Below are positions 1 through 9,338 of a DNA stretch of 64,000 bases, piece by piece. The translations under genes and the position numbers were made by a program. Position 1 is the first letter of the stretch, and every line of letters starts with the position of its first letter. The notes below the pieces were generated by a model, which was not told the origin of the DNA, did not search any database, and worked only from the letters and a program-made list of their open reading frames with translations. Origin of the DNA: Candidatus Aminicenantaceae bacterium (GTDB lineage Bacteria; Acidobacteriota; Aminicenantia; Aminicenantales; Aminicenantaceae); contig JBGVTE010000141.1 in NCBI GenBank assembly GCA_041862375.1, positions 83,872 through 147,871 of the forward strand, in the 5' to 3' direction.

Positions 1-845
1 CCAGGAGTCTCCCAATCCCAAGGCCTTATGTTTGCTCCATCTATGCTTCTGTATCCAATTTCTGTGAGGATAATAGGTCTCTTCCATTTCTCATAAAAAG
101 CTTCGATTTCTTTAAGATAAGGCCACCAGGCAGCTAAAAGCTCGCTCAATTCGGGGTCTGTTTTATCGGTTAGGACAAAGTAGGAATCGATGCCGATATA
201 GTTGAGGTCATCCCAGAATTCAATCTGCAGATATTCCTGCCCCCAATTCGCTGCATAGCCCAGGGGACCTTCATAAATTTCTCTGACATTCTTAATGGTC
301 TCCCTCCATTCTAAGGTGTACTCTGATGTCGTCAATAACAGAAATTCGCAGCCGATGGAGAAGATTTCGACCCCTTCCTGTTGGGCGAGTTCTGCATAAG
401 CTTTTATCATATTTCGGTAGTTTTCAAACCAAATCTTCGTGTTCGTGGGCTGGAAAGTGCCGCGCCAGTCGCCGCTTTGAGCATCCACATGGGGCTTGAG
501 CATTACCTTTAGGCCGAGGCTATGAGCATACTGGATGGCATGCCTGATGCATTCATTCCTGGCAGTCCTCCCTTTATATTCAGGAAATATCTCGTTCGCA
601 TACCTGTCTTTTTGGTACAAGCTCGGCACCAGCTGAATCCATTCTGTGCAGGTGTTTTGGACGAGGATTTTGAGTGATTCATCTGAATGCAATGAGCAAT
701 ATTGATCAGACTGCCACGTCGGAAAGGCCATTCCTTTCTGGAAGGCAGAAGAATCTGAGGAGCTGGAGATGAGAATAAGAGTCGGAGTGATCATTAGTGT
801 CAAAAACAAAACAGCCCTGGATAATAGAGATAGTCTAGCATTCAT
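1..845 (-). CDS. Secreted TIM-barrel glycoside hydrolase, clan GH-A (GH5/GH113-like); N-terminal part only, C-terminus lies beyond the window start
   Basis: The reverse-strand translation begins at ATG (rc of 843-845) with a signal peptide (MNARLSLLSRAVLFLTLMITPTLIL...). It contains '...IWFENY...' and '...ILTEIGYRS...', matching the NE(acid/base) and TE-G(nucleophile) pattern of clan GH-A. It is absent from the ORF track only because it runs off the window edge. Confidence 0.6.
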   Translation of the reverse strand, partial: MNARLSLLSRAVLFLTLMITPTLILISSSSDSSAFQKGMAFPTWQSDQYCSLHSDESLKILVQNTCTEWIQLVPSLYQKDRYANEIFPEYKGRTARNECIRHAIQYAHSLGLKVMLKPHVDAQSGDWRGTFQPTNTKIWFENYRNMIKAYAELAQQEGVEIFSIGCEFLLLTTSEYTLEWRETIKNVREIYEGPLGYAANWGQEYLQIEFWDDLNYIGIDSYFVLTDKTDPELSELLAAWWPYLKEIEAFYEKWKRPIILTEIGYRSIDGANIRPWDWETP

Positions 846-1229
846 TTTTTTTCTCATTATTTGAATAGAGATTATACCTTTCTTTTTTGCCAAAGGCCAC
901 GATTTTATCATTTTTGAAGCTTTATCTGTCTACAGACAGTCTGGAGAAATTGATTCGCTGAGGAATTATTGATGTCAATTACCTCAAAAGGTACAGAAAA
1001 CACTCATTCGGATAAGAAAACTCACTCCCCAGAAAGGAATATTCATTGATGTTGGATAGAATTTTATCTTAAGAAGAAACAACAAGCCTAATCTTTACTG
1101 GTTTAAAATAATTCATGGTAGAATAATTATAGAAGCAAGCTGGTAGATAAAGTTTTCTCTTTGAAAATTCATTTTAAAACGATAAAATGAAATTTTAAAA
1201 GATTCAAAGATAGAAGAGGCGTTGAGAAA

Positions 1230-2276
1230 ATGATACCCTGGGTTGATATCAAATATAGATACAAGCAGTATGAGTACATGTGCCGTTCTGTCTACAAAGA
1301 TTTTAGACAGTTGATAAAAATTAATAAGAACGAATATAAAAAGTTTGAAGATAGCATTTTTATAAACAGGATTTACTTTGAGGTTACGAATATCTGTAAT
1401 GCCAAGTGTGTTTTTTGTGCATATCCTTCGGTTCAACATAAAAAAGGTGTAATGAAGTTCAAAACGTTCAAGAAGGCTGTTGATGAATATAGAAGGGCAG
1501 GAGGGAATATTATAAGTTTTACACCTACAGTTGGTGATCCCCTTCTCGATCCAGGACTTCTCGAGAAGATTCATTATGTAACAAGTCTCGAGGGCATAAA
1601 GAGAGTGTATTTTTACACTAACGGCATATTGCTCGGAAAGAATAAAATGTATGAGAAATTAATTGACTCTGGAGTTGATGTAATCCATTTGAGTATTCCT
1701 GAGACTAACAAAGAAATGTATGAAAAAATCTGCGGAGTAGAGATTTATGATACATTGATTCAAAATGTTCATAAATTGTTATCATATAACGAATCACAAG
1801 ATAATAAAGTTAAAATCAAGTTTGATTTCAGACCTGGTTCATACCCTAGTGAAGTCCTAAAGTCTCCTGATTTCATAGAGTACATTCAACCTTTTTTAGG
1901 TGATAGAGTTTGGTATGAATTTATGGTGGATTATGATAATTGGGGTGGTGTCGTTAAGAAGGAAGATCTAGTTGGAGTGATGAGGTTAAGAAGGAACCAG
2001 AAAGTGAAAATATTACCATGCATCAGAACTTTCGATGTCGCAATTTTATTTGATGGGAGTGTTCGTCTCTGTGCATGCAGGATAAAGTCCACAGAATTTG
2101 ATGATCTTGTTATCGGCAATATTCATAATGATTCTTTAGTGAACATATTTCATAGTGAAAAGACAAAGGAAATACGGCATAAATTTGTCAAGAAAGAATT
2201 ACCTGAAGTATGTAAAGATTGCGGTGTTTTTTTGCCTATAAAGAGAAAATTTTTAACAAAGAGATTACAATTTTAG
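1230..2276 (+). CDS. Radical SAM enzyme with a C-terminal twitch/partial-SPASM auxiliary Cys domain
   Basis: CX3CX2C motif 'TNICNAKCVFCAY' plus a 'GGNIISFTPTVGDPLLDP' glycine-rich SAM motif. The C-terminus has C-x11-G-x4-C-x-C ... C-x2-C (PCIRTFDVAILFDGSVRLCAC ... CKDCGVF). Confidence 0.8.
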   Translation: MIPWVDIKYRYKQYEYMCRSVYKDFRQLIKINKNEYKKFEDSIFINRIYFEVTNICNAKCVFCAYPSVQHKKGVMKFKTFKKAVDEYRRAGGNIISFTPTVGDPLLDPGLLEKIHYVTSLEGIKRVYFYTNGILLGKNKMYEKLIDSGVDVIHLSIPETNKEMYEKICGVEIYDTLIQNVHKLLSYNESQDNKVKIKFDFRPGSYPSEVLKSPDFIEYIQPFLGDRVWYEFMVDYDNWGGVVKKEDLVGVMRLRRNQKVKILPCIRTFDVAILFDGSVRLCACRIKSTEFDDLVIGNIHNDSLVNIFHSEKTKEIRHKFVKKELPEVCKDCGVFLPIKRKFLTKRLQF

Positions 2277-2476
2277 ATGATTCATAGGGCTTTTTCTCAG
2301 ATCATGCTCTCGTCCATGAACATGCAAATCCGATTATTATTTGTTAAATATCCTTGGAACAGTATTCCCTATATTCAGTCTTTGTGAATTTAAGAGGGAT
2401 AAGAATTTCTTTTTAGCCAAAGGCGACGAGTTTCTCATTATCTCTTTTCTATCTCCCTCTTGATTTAATGTCTCGT

Positions 2477-4522
2477 TTATTTTTTCTCCTTTAAATATTT
2501 CGCCAACCAGAGGTGAACCGTTTTCCACCAGAGCTTCGCATTTTGTGGTTTTTGAACGAAGTGGTATTCATCCGGAAAATAGAGCATCTTTGATGGGACA
2601 TTCTGCCGTTTAAGGCATGTAAAAAATTGAAATCCTTGAGCCACAGGAACGCGGAAATCATTCTGCCCATGGATGACTAAACAGGGTGTTTTAAAATATT
2701 CTACATAATTGCTCGGTGACCACTTTTCGTACATTTCTTTGTTAGTCCATGGCGTTCCTCTAAATTCCCATTCAGGAAACCAGAGTTCTTCAGTGGTTCC
2801 GTACATAGAACGAAGGTCGAAAACTCCAGCATGGGATATCAGGCAATTAAACCTGTTAGTGTGACCTTCAATCCAGTTAATCATGTACCCTCCATAAGAA
2901 GCTCCTGCTGCTGCCAGCCTATTTTCATCAATGAAATCATATTGCGAGAGAATATAGTCGAGACCCAGCATAATGTCCTTATAAGGCTTTCCACCCCAAT
3001 CGCCACTTATAGAATCAGTAAAAGACTGGCCGTATCCTGTACTGCCGTGAAAATTGATCATAGCAACAACGTAGCCTGGAGAGGCAAACATCTGGGCATT
3101 CCAGCGATAGTGGAAATTGTCTCCCCAAGCTCCCTGGGGGCCACCATGGATAAGCATGACGAGTGGGTATTTTTTGGATGAGTCAAAAGAGGGAGGTTTT
3201 ACCAGGAAACCGTGAACTTTATCTTTTTCTGCTCCCTCAAACCAAAATTCTTCTGCGGGATTCATCTCAAGTTTTGAAAGAAGCTCATGGTTTATATCTG
3301 TCAGTCTTTTGAGTTTTTTACTCCCCAAATCAAAGGAATACACATCGGCAGGAGAATTGATGGATTGTTTAAGGAAAATGATCTTTTTCCCATCAGGAGT
3401 AAGAGAAAGTGAGTTGAGAAAATTTCCTTCAAGAATTATTTCGATCTCTTTGTTTGCAACGTATATTTTGAACAAAATTCTTCTTCCTTTTTCTTGGGAA
3501 GTAAAATATATAGAAGCACTATCAGGTGACCAAAGAATTTCATCGACAGACAGATCTAAATTTGCTGTTAACTTTGTAATTTTCTTAGCTTCTCTATCAT
3601 AGAGCATTAGACTGTATTTATCAGCTTCAAATCCCGCCCTGGCCATCGCTCGGTAAGCAATGAAGCGGCCGGTGGGTGAATAGTGGGGGGAATTATCATT
3701 TGCCCTGTTAGTTGTGACTCGAGCAATATTTTCCTCGTTTATTGAGGTTGTGAAGAGATCGTTGTTTGTTCCGAGGGAAAGTTTTAACTCTGGGTCTGTG
3801 TTTCGGACAAAACAGATTTCCATTCCATCTGGAGAAAATGTATAATCGTGCCTGCTCCCCAAAGAAATGGGCGGACTGTCGTAGTCTCCAGATGCCACAT
3901 CAACTGCGTTTCCCCCCTTTTCGGGGATTACAAAGACATGGCTTCGTTTTCCGTCTTGCCAGTTATTCCAGTGGCGGAAAAGTAATGCTTCGAATACCTT
4001 GGCTTTTACTTTGCTTTTTTCTTTTTCGCTGTTTCTATTCCTGTTGCATTCATCGTCAGCACAATCAGGATAGACCGAAGAAGAAAATGCCAGATGTTTT
4101 CCAGAGGGCGACCAGATAACGCCAGAGGCTCCTGTGGAGATATCTGTCAAAGGATAAGCTTCACCGCCAAAGGGGGAGATGAGCCAGATTTGAGGATTTC
4201 CTTGTCTTGTGGAGATAAAAGCTATTTTTTTTCCATCAGGTGACCAGCGGGGATTGTAATCAGCTTTTTGACTCGAGGTTAGTATTCTTGATGTTCCCCC
4301 CGCGGCCGGGACAAGCCATATATCACTGTTGCTGCTGTTTTTTTCTGTATCCATAACAGTCACTACAAAGGCAATAAGGTCTCCATCGGGAGAAACCTGA
4401 GGGTCGCTCACTCTTTTTATTTGGATAAAATCATCAAAGACAATCGGCTCAGGTTGAGAATTAGCTGAGAGAAACAGACTTATGAGTAGGAAAAATGTAA
4501 AAAACAGGGATGATTTTTTCAT
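2477..4522 (-). CDS. S9-family serine peptidase (prolyl oligopeptidase / acylaminoacyl-peptidase type) with N-terminal TolB-like beta-propeller; secreted
   Basis: Signal peptide MKKSSLFFTFFLLISLFLSANS. Repeated 'WSPDGK(K/H)IAF' propeller motifs. C-terminal alpha/beta-hydrolase with 'GASYGGYM' nucleophile elbow (GxSxGG). Strong RBS (aaggagg) upstream. Confidence 0.85.
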   Translation of the reverse strand: MKKSSLFFTFFLLISLFLSANSQPEPIVFDDFIQIKRVSDPQVSPDGDLIAFVVTVMDTEKNSSNSDIWLVPAAGGTSRILTSSQKADYNPRWSPDGKKIAFISTRQGNPQIWLISPFGGEAYPLTDISTGASGVIWSPSGKHLAFSSSVYPDCADDECNRNRNSEKEKSKVKAKVFEALLFRHWNNWQDGKRSHVFVIPEKGGNAVDVASGDYDSPPISLGSRHDYTFSPDGMEICFVRNTDPELKLSLGTNNDLFTTSINEENIARVTTNRANDNSPHYSPTGRFIAYRAMARAGFEADKYSLMLYDREAKKITKLTANLDLSVDEILWSPDSASIYFTSQEKGRRILFKIYVANKEIEIILEGNFLNSLSLTPDGKKIIFLKQSINSPADVYSFDLGSKKLKRLTDINHELLSKLEMNPAEEFWFEGAEKDKVHGFLVKPPSFDSSKKYPLVMLIHGGPQGAWGDNFHYRWNAQMFASPGYVVAMINFHGSTGYGQSFTDSISGDWGGKPYKDIMLGLDYILSQYDFIDENRLAAAGASYGGYMINWIEGHTNRFNCLISHAGVFDLRSMYGTTEELWFPEWEFRGTPWTNKEMYEKWSPSNYVEYFKTPCLVIHGQNDFRVPVAQGFQFFTCLKRQNVPSKMLYFPDEYHFVQKPQNAKLWWKTVHLWLAKYLKEKK

Positions 4523-4685
4523 ATTTCCTCCTTTTTTTCGGATATAGTAAACAGTAATTAGTACAGCTTAAAGAGTCAAGTAGTATTTGGGATCAGGCGT
4601 TTTCATGAATCAATGTGTCGAAGCATGATGAAGAGTAGTGCTATTCACAACATTAAAGGCTTGATTCCGACGGCTTGAGCTAGCA

Positions 4686-4714
4686 TTGACAACCTCTTGC
4701 TTCGTTTCTATATT
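4686..4714 (+). promoter_or_regulatory. Putative sigma70-type promoter for the iPGM gene
   Basis: TTGACA (4686-4691), 17-nt spacer, TATATT (4709-4714); this precedes an aaaaaaggag RBS and the ATG at 4741. Confidence 0.3.
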
Positions 4715-4740
4715 ATAGGCTTATTAAAAAAGGAGCATGG

Positions 4741-6351
4741 ATGTTTAGTGAACGGATTCATAAATTAAATTCACGCTTGGTAGAAACGATGAAGAAGGCC
4801 TATCACGATGGCCAGGAAGATGAAGCTTTAGAACCCATGGTTAGAGTTGACGTGGGAGGGAATCCTCTTGGAAGACTTAAGAATGGAGACTATGTTATTT
4901 TTTATAATATCAGAGGAGAAAGAGAAGTCTATCTAACGCAAAGTTTCACTGATAAAGATTTCGACTATTTTCCTAGAAAAAAGAGCTTGAGCCTGAATTT
5001 CATCACTATGATTGAATACGATCCGCGTGTTGATGTAAAGGTTGCCTTTCCTTCTGAAAAAAAAATCAAGAATACTTTGGCTGAAGCCGTCTCAAATGCA
5101 GGATTACACCTTGTAAAAATTTCTGAATCAGAAAAGGCAATACATGTTGGCTTTTTCATGAACGGAAAGAACGAAGAAGTCTTTTCCCAAGAGGAGAGAG
5201 TAGTTGTTCCTTCTCCTCCTGAAGTTTCTTCCTATGCGGGTAATCCAGAAATGAGTGTTAAGGAAGTTACTCGAGAAATTTTTTCTAAGCTAAGAGACCC
5301 ATCTTGTCAGGCTATCATAGCTAATTTAGCTAATGTGGATGTGATTGGACATATTGAAAAAAAGCCTGCAGTTCTTAAAGCTGTGGAGGCAGTTGATTTT
5401 CATTTGGGTGAGATTATAAAAGAGTGCCAAGCTCAGAGAGCAACTCTTGTCGTAACGTCTGATCATGGGACAGTCGAAGAATGGCTCTATGATGATGGGA
5501 CTATTAACACCGGGCATACAAGAAATCCAGTCCCTTTCATTCTGGCTGATTTTTCTCCTGAAATGCAGGAGCCAGAATCTTTAGTTTTGAAGGAGAAAGG
5601 GGAGCTTGCTGATGTTGCCCCAACCGTTCTGGGATTGCTCGGAATAGATAAACCAGATGAGATGACGGGCGAAAGCTTACTTGAAACACTTCCTGACCAG
5701 AAGAAAAAGAGTGAAAAGCTACTACTTCTCATTCTCGATGGATGGGGGATGAGGGAAGAAAGCAAAGGTAACTTAATCGCAGAGGCAAAAACTCCCAATT
5801 TTGATGACCTGTGGAAACGATATCCACATTCCTTGCTCAAAGCTTCAGGAGAAGCAGTTGGCATGCCATCCCATACTGTAGGGAACTCTGAAGCTGGTCA
5901 TCTTCACCTGGGTACAGGAAGGCGTGTTGTTCTCGATCGAGTTAAGATTGATAACGCCATTCAGGATGGAAGTTTTTTTACTAATGAAGCGTTTCGTTGG
6001 GCGATGCAAGAAGCCAAACGGAACAATAAATCTCTTCATCTTCTGGGAATTGTCTCTCACTACAGCTCTCATGGTACTATCCGTCATCTTTTTGCCCTGC
6101 TTCGAATGGCGAAAAATATGGGATTAAAAGAAGTCTATGTTCATTCTTTGATAGGGAGAAGGGGAGAGAAGCCAGAAAGCGGCGCTCTATATGTAGAGAA
6201 AGTAGAGCAAATGTGTAAAGAATTATTGGTTGGCAGAGTAGTCACAGTTATGGGCAGATTCTGGGCTTTGGACAGGGAAGAGAACTGGGATCGAGTAGAG
6301 AAAGCTTACAGAGCCTTGGTATATGGAGAAGGAATTAGGGTGTACTCTTAG
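4741..6351 (+). CDS. gpmI: 2,3-bisphosphoglycerate-independent phosphoglycerate mutase, circularly permuted (C-terminal half first, N-terminal half second, in one ORF)
   Basis: Residues ~30-290 align with the C-terminal ~270-511 of canonical iPGM (YNIRGER, SEKAIHVGFF, ANVDVIGH, TSDHGT, TGHTRNPVP, LADVAPTVLGLLGIDKPDEMTGESLL). After a short KKKSEK linker, residues ~300-536 align with canonical 1-235 (LLLILDGWG, GNSEAGHLHLGTGR, HLFALL, GRR, WDRVEKAYRALVYGEG). Confidence 0.8.
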   Translation: MFSERIHKLNSRLVETMKKAYHDGQEDEALEPMVRVDVGGNPLGRLKNGDYVIFYNIRGEREVYLTQSFTDKDFDYFPRKKSLSLNFITMIEYDPRVDVKVAFPSEKKIKNTLAEAVSNAGLHLVKISESEKAIHVGFFMNGKNEEVFSQEERVVVPSPPEVSSYAGNPEMSVKEVTREIFSKLRDPSCQAIIANLANVDVIGHIEKKPAVLKAVEAVDFHLGEIIKECQAQRATLVVTSDHGTVEEWLYDDGTINTGHTRNPVPFILADFSPEMQEPESLVLKEKGELADVAPTVLGLLGIDKPDEMTGESLLETLPDQKKKSEKLLLLILDGWGMREESKGNLIAEAKTPNFDDLWKRYPHSLLKASGEAVGMPSHTVGNSEAGHLHLGTGRRVVLDRVKIDNAIQDGSFFTNEAFRWAMQEAKRNNKSLHLLGIVSHYSSHGTIRHLFALLRMAKNMGLKEVYVHSLIGRRGEKPESGALYVEKVEQMCKELLVGRVVTVMGRFWALDREENWDRVEKAYRALVYGEGIRVYS

Positions 6352-6440
6352 ACTGTATGGTATATACTAAGTGACCTGAAGCAGGGATTTAGTAGATACA
6401 AGTTAAGTGGGAAAGAGATATCAAAGATCAAGTAAAAATG

Positions 6441-6551
6441 GAAGCGTCTTTTTTTCCGTGATAAACGATAAACAAGCGAGCGTGCCTTAAAGCCGTATAC
6501 CTCCTTGCTAATGACTGCTTTAGCTCTCACCACGGAAAAAAAGATGATTAC
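6441..6551. repeat. Intergenic repeat element copy A (MITE/REP-like), with imperfect terminal inverted repeats
   Basis: The core 'aagcgagcgtgccttaaagccgtatac...atgactgctttagctc...cacggaaaaaaagatga' is shared with 32048-32124. It is flanked by the inverted pair 'tctttttttccgtg' (6447-6460) and 'cacggaaaaaaaga' (6530-6543). Confidence 0.5.
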
Positions 6552-6633
6552 AGTAATGATAACGCTTTGCTAAAGGAACTTTTTTCCTGATTAATCGTAC
6601 TTTATTTATTAGAATAAGAGTAAGAATTCTACC

Positions 6634-7545
6634 ATGAGTATTGAAGTAAAAGATATTCATTTTAGCTACGGAAAAGTCAAAGCACTTTCAGGAATTAATT
6701 TACACCTAGAGGAAGGAGCTATTGGCTTGCTGGGGCCCAACGGAGCGGGGAAAAGTACTCTCCTTAGGATTCTTCTCGGATTCCTCTTCCCTGATAAAGG
6801 GGCGGGAAGAGTGCTCGGTTATGACATAAAAGACGAGCAGCACCTCATTAGACGCTATGTAGGCTACATGCCCGAGGATGATTGTTTCATTCCTGGAATG
6901 GATGCAGTTACTTTCACTTCATATCTAGGAGAATTATCAGGAATGCCCCGCCAGGAAGCGATGAAGAGAGCTCATGAAGTTCTTTTCTATGTTGGCCTGG
7001 AGGAGGGCCGGTACCGCAAACTGGAAACATATTCAGTGGGAATGAAACAAAGACTCAAATTAGCTCAAGCTATAGTCCATGATCCCAAACTTCTCTTTCT
7101 AGATGAGCCTACGAGCAGCTTAGATCCTCAGGGAAGAAAAGAAATCTTGGAGCTCATAAAAGATATCTCTTCTAAAAAAGATATCCAGGTTTTAATATCT
7201 TCACATATCCTTTCTGATATCGAGTCAGCATGCTCTTATGTGGTAATTCTAGACAAAGGAAAATTGGCAGCTCAAGGAGAAATTAGTAAGCTTAAAGAAA
7301 TTAAATACAAACTTTATGAAATAAAAGTAAAAGGAGAATCGAGTGGGTTTCTTCAGAAGCTTAAAAAGAATGGATGCGGAGTAGAACAGACAGAGGATAT
7401 GGTCCTTAAAGTTTATATGCCTCCAAGTCAAAATCCTCAGGAAATTTTCAGTATTGCATTGGAAGAGAAGGTACAGATAAGACACTTCGTAAAAAGTCAG
7501 ACCACTCTCGAAGATTTGTTTGCTGAGGCAGTTGGAGTAGATTAA
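6634..7545 (+). CDS. ABC transporter ATP-binding protein (ABC-2 type, with C-terminal accessory domain)
   Basis: Walker A GPNGAGKST, signature YSVGMKQRL, Walker B LLFLDEPTSSLD; the stop overlaps the next start (ATGA). Confidence 0.9.
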   Translation: MSIEVKDIHFSYGKVKALSGINLHLEEGAIGLLGPNGAGKSTLLRILLGFLFPDKGAGRVLGYDIKDEQHLIRRYVGYMPEDDCFIPGMDAVTFTSYLGELSGMPRQEAMKRAHEVLFYVGLEEGRYRKLETYSVGMKQRLKLAQAIVHDPKLLFLDEPTSSLDPQGRKEILELIKDISSKKDIQVLISSHILSDIESACSYVVILDKGKLAAQGEISKLKEIKYKLYEIKVKGESSGFLQKLKKNGCGVEQTEDMVLKVYMPPSQNPQEIFSIALEEKVQIRHFVKSQTTLEDLFAEAVGVD

Positions 7546-8414
7546 TGACCATAAAAGAAAAAGGCTACACGCATTGGAAAGGAGGCCTAGAAGACAAAAA
7601 ACTTCCCTGGTTTCCAATCACACGCTTCGGGATAAAATCAACATTCAAGAAAAAATTCTTTAAGATTTTTTTCTTCGGCTCACTTATTCCCGCCTTAATT
7701 TTCCTTATAGGAATTTATATTTCTGAAAGATTAGAAGATTTCAGTTCTATGATTCAAAGACCAGAACAGTTACTAAATATTGATCCAGGTTACTTTAATT
7801 CCTATTTTACTGGAAGTTTTCTGCTGTTCATGATGGTTATGATTCTCATCTTTTGTGGAGCAGGGCTTATTTCAGATGATTTAAAACACAAGTCGCTTCA
7901 GTTGTATTTTTCAAGACCTATCAAAAAAAGCCATTATTTTTTGGGAAAAGCATCGGTCATATTTTTCTTCCTGTTCATGGTGACTTTAGTTCCTGGTCTT
8001 ATATTCATAATAATGAAACTTATTTTTTCTGGAAGTTTTAAATTTTTAGCCTCCTATCCATTTCTCCCTCTTTCTGTAGTTGGCTATTCTTTTTTAGTAA
8101 CAGGATTTTTTTCTCTCTATACACTATTTCTATCGTCTTTAAGTAAAAACAGAAGATATGTCGCCATTCTTATTTTTTCTGTATACTTATTTTCTGATAT
8201 TCTTTTTGGAATCTTCTATGGAATATTTAAAGATCAATATTTTTCCCTTCTTTCAATCCAAGCGAATTTACAGCAATTAGGGGCTTTTATTTTCAATCAA
8301 AAACTCCGTTATAATCCTCCCTGGTTTTATTCTTTTCTGATCCTTTTTGGTATTTCTCTTCTGGCAGCAATTTACTTAAAAAAGAAGGTCAAAGGAGTAG
8401 AGATAATAAAATGA
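7545..8414 (+). CDS. ABC-2 family transporter permease
   Basis: Polytopic hydrophobic protein of ~6 TM, translationally coupled to the flanking ATPase genes. Confidence 0.75.
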   Translation: MTIKEKGYTHWKGGLEDKKLPWFPITRFGIKSTFKKKFFKIFFFGSLIPALIFLIGIYISERLEDFSSMIQRPEQLLNIDPGYFNSYFTGSFLLFMMVMILIFCGAGLISDDLKHKSLQLYFSRPIKKSHYFLGKASVIFFFLFMVTLVPGLIFIIMKLIFSGSFKFLASYPFLPLSVVGYSFLVTGFFSLYTLFLSSLSKNRRYVAILIFSVYLFSDILFGIFYGIFKDQYFSLLSIQANLQQLGAFIFNQKLRYNPPWFYSFLILFGISLLAAIYLKKKVKGVEIIK

Positions 8415-9337
8415 CAGCCATCATAGAAGCTAAAGACCTGTCTAAGTGGTATGGAAATGTGCTTGGCTTGAGTGACGTATCCCTCAAGATTGAACCAGGA
8501 ATTACAGGTCTCCTTGGCCCTAACGGTGCAGGCAAGTCTACTTTTTTGAAGCTTATTACTGGTCAGATGAAGCCTAATATCGGCCAGGTTTTTATCAAGG
8601 GGCAAAAGGTGAGGAATAATTATTTCCTTTTTTCTGAAATTGGATTTTGCCCTGAGCAAGATAGTTTTTACGAAGAAATGTCCGGTCTGGAATTTCTGAT
8701 TAATCTTTTAAGACTTTATCATTTCTCTCCCTCAGAGATTGAAAGCAGAGCTCACTGGGCTCTTGAAATTGTTGAGCTCTCCAATGATAAAGATAGAGTA
8801 ATCAAGGCCTACAGCCGCGGCATGCGCCAGAGGTTAAAGTTTGCCCAAGCTATTGCCCATGATCCAGAGATCTTTGTGCTTGATGAACCCCTTAACGGCC
8901 TCGATCCCCTTGGCAGAAGAAAAATGATCCGCCTCATAAAAGAATACAAGGAAAAAGGAAAGACTCTTATTGTTTCAAGTCATATTTTGCCTGAGATAGA
9001 AGCTATGACTAAGACTATCATTCTTATTCATCAGGGAAAAGTCTTTGCCCAGGGAGATATTCACTACATAAGAGACCTGATTGATACTCACCCTCATATG
9101 ATTGCTATAAAATGCGACAATCCTCGACTTTTAGCTGAGAAATTCATTCACAAGGAATACGTCTTAAATGTCAAATTTGATGTCATGAAAGAATCTTTAT
9201 TGGTGGAGACCAATAATAGAGACAAATTTTTCAGCCTCCTGCCATCATTATTTATTGAGAACAAAATTGAAGTTGGAGAAATTACTTCTCCTGATGATAA
9301 TCTTCAAGCTGTCTTTGATTATCTGGTAGGGAAATAA
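8411..9337 (+). CDS. ABC transporter ATP-binding protein (second copy)
   Basis: GPNGAGKST, YSRGMRQRL, FVLDEPLNGLD. Confidence 0.9.
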   Translation: MTAIIEAKDLSKWYGNVLGLSDVSLKIEPGITGLLGPNGAGKSTFLKLITGQMKPNIGQVFIKGQKVRNNYFLFSEIGFCPEQDSFYEEMSGLEFLINLLRLYHFSPSEIESRAHWALEIVELSNDKDRVIKAYSRGMRQRLKFAQAIAHDPEIFVLDEPLNGLDPLGRRKMIRLIKEYKEKGKTLIVSSHILPEIEAMTKTIILIHQGKVFAQGDIHYIRDLIDTHPHMIAIKCDNPRLLAEKFIHKEYVLNVKFDVMKESLLVETNNRDKFFSLLPSLFIENKIEVGEITSPDDNLQAVFDYLVGK

Positions 9338-9338
9338 A

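Noticed and set aside
1113-1574. 153-aa minus-strand ORF overlapping the rSAM gene start
   Set aside because: It has low-complexity AT-driven composition and overlaps a gene with clear motifs; no independent support.
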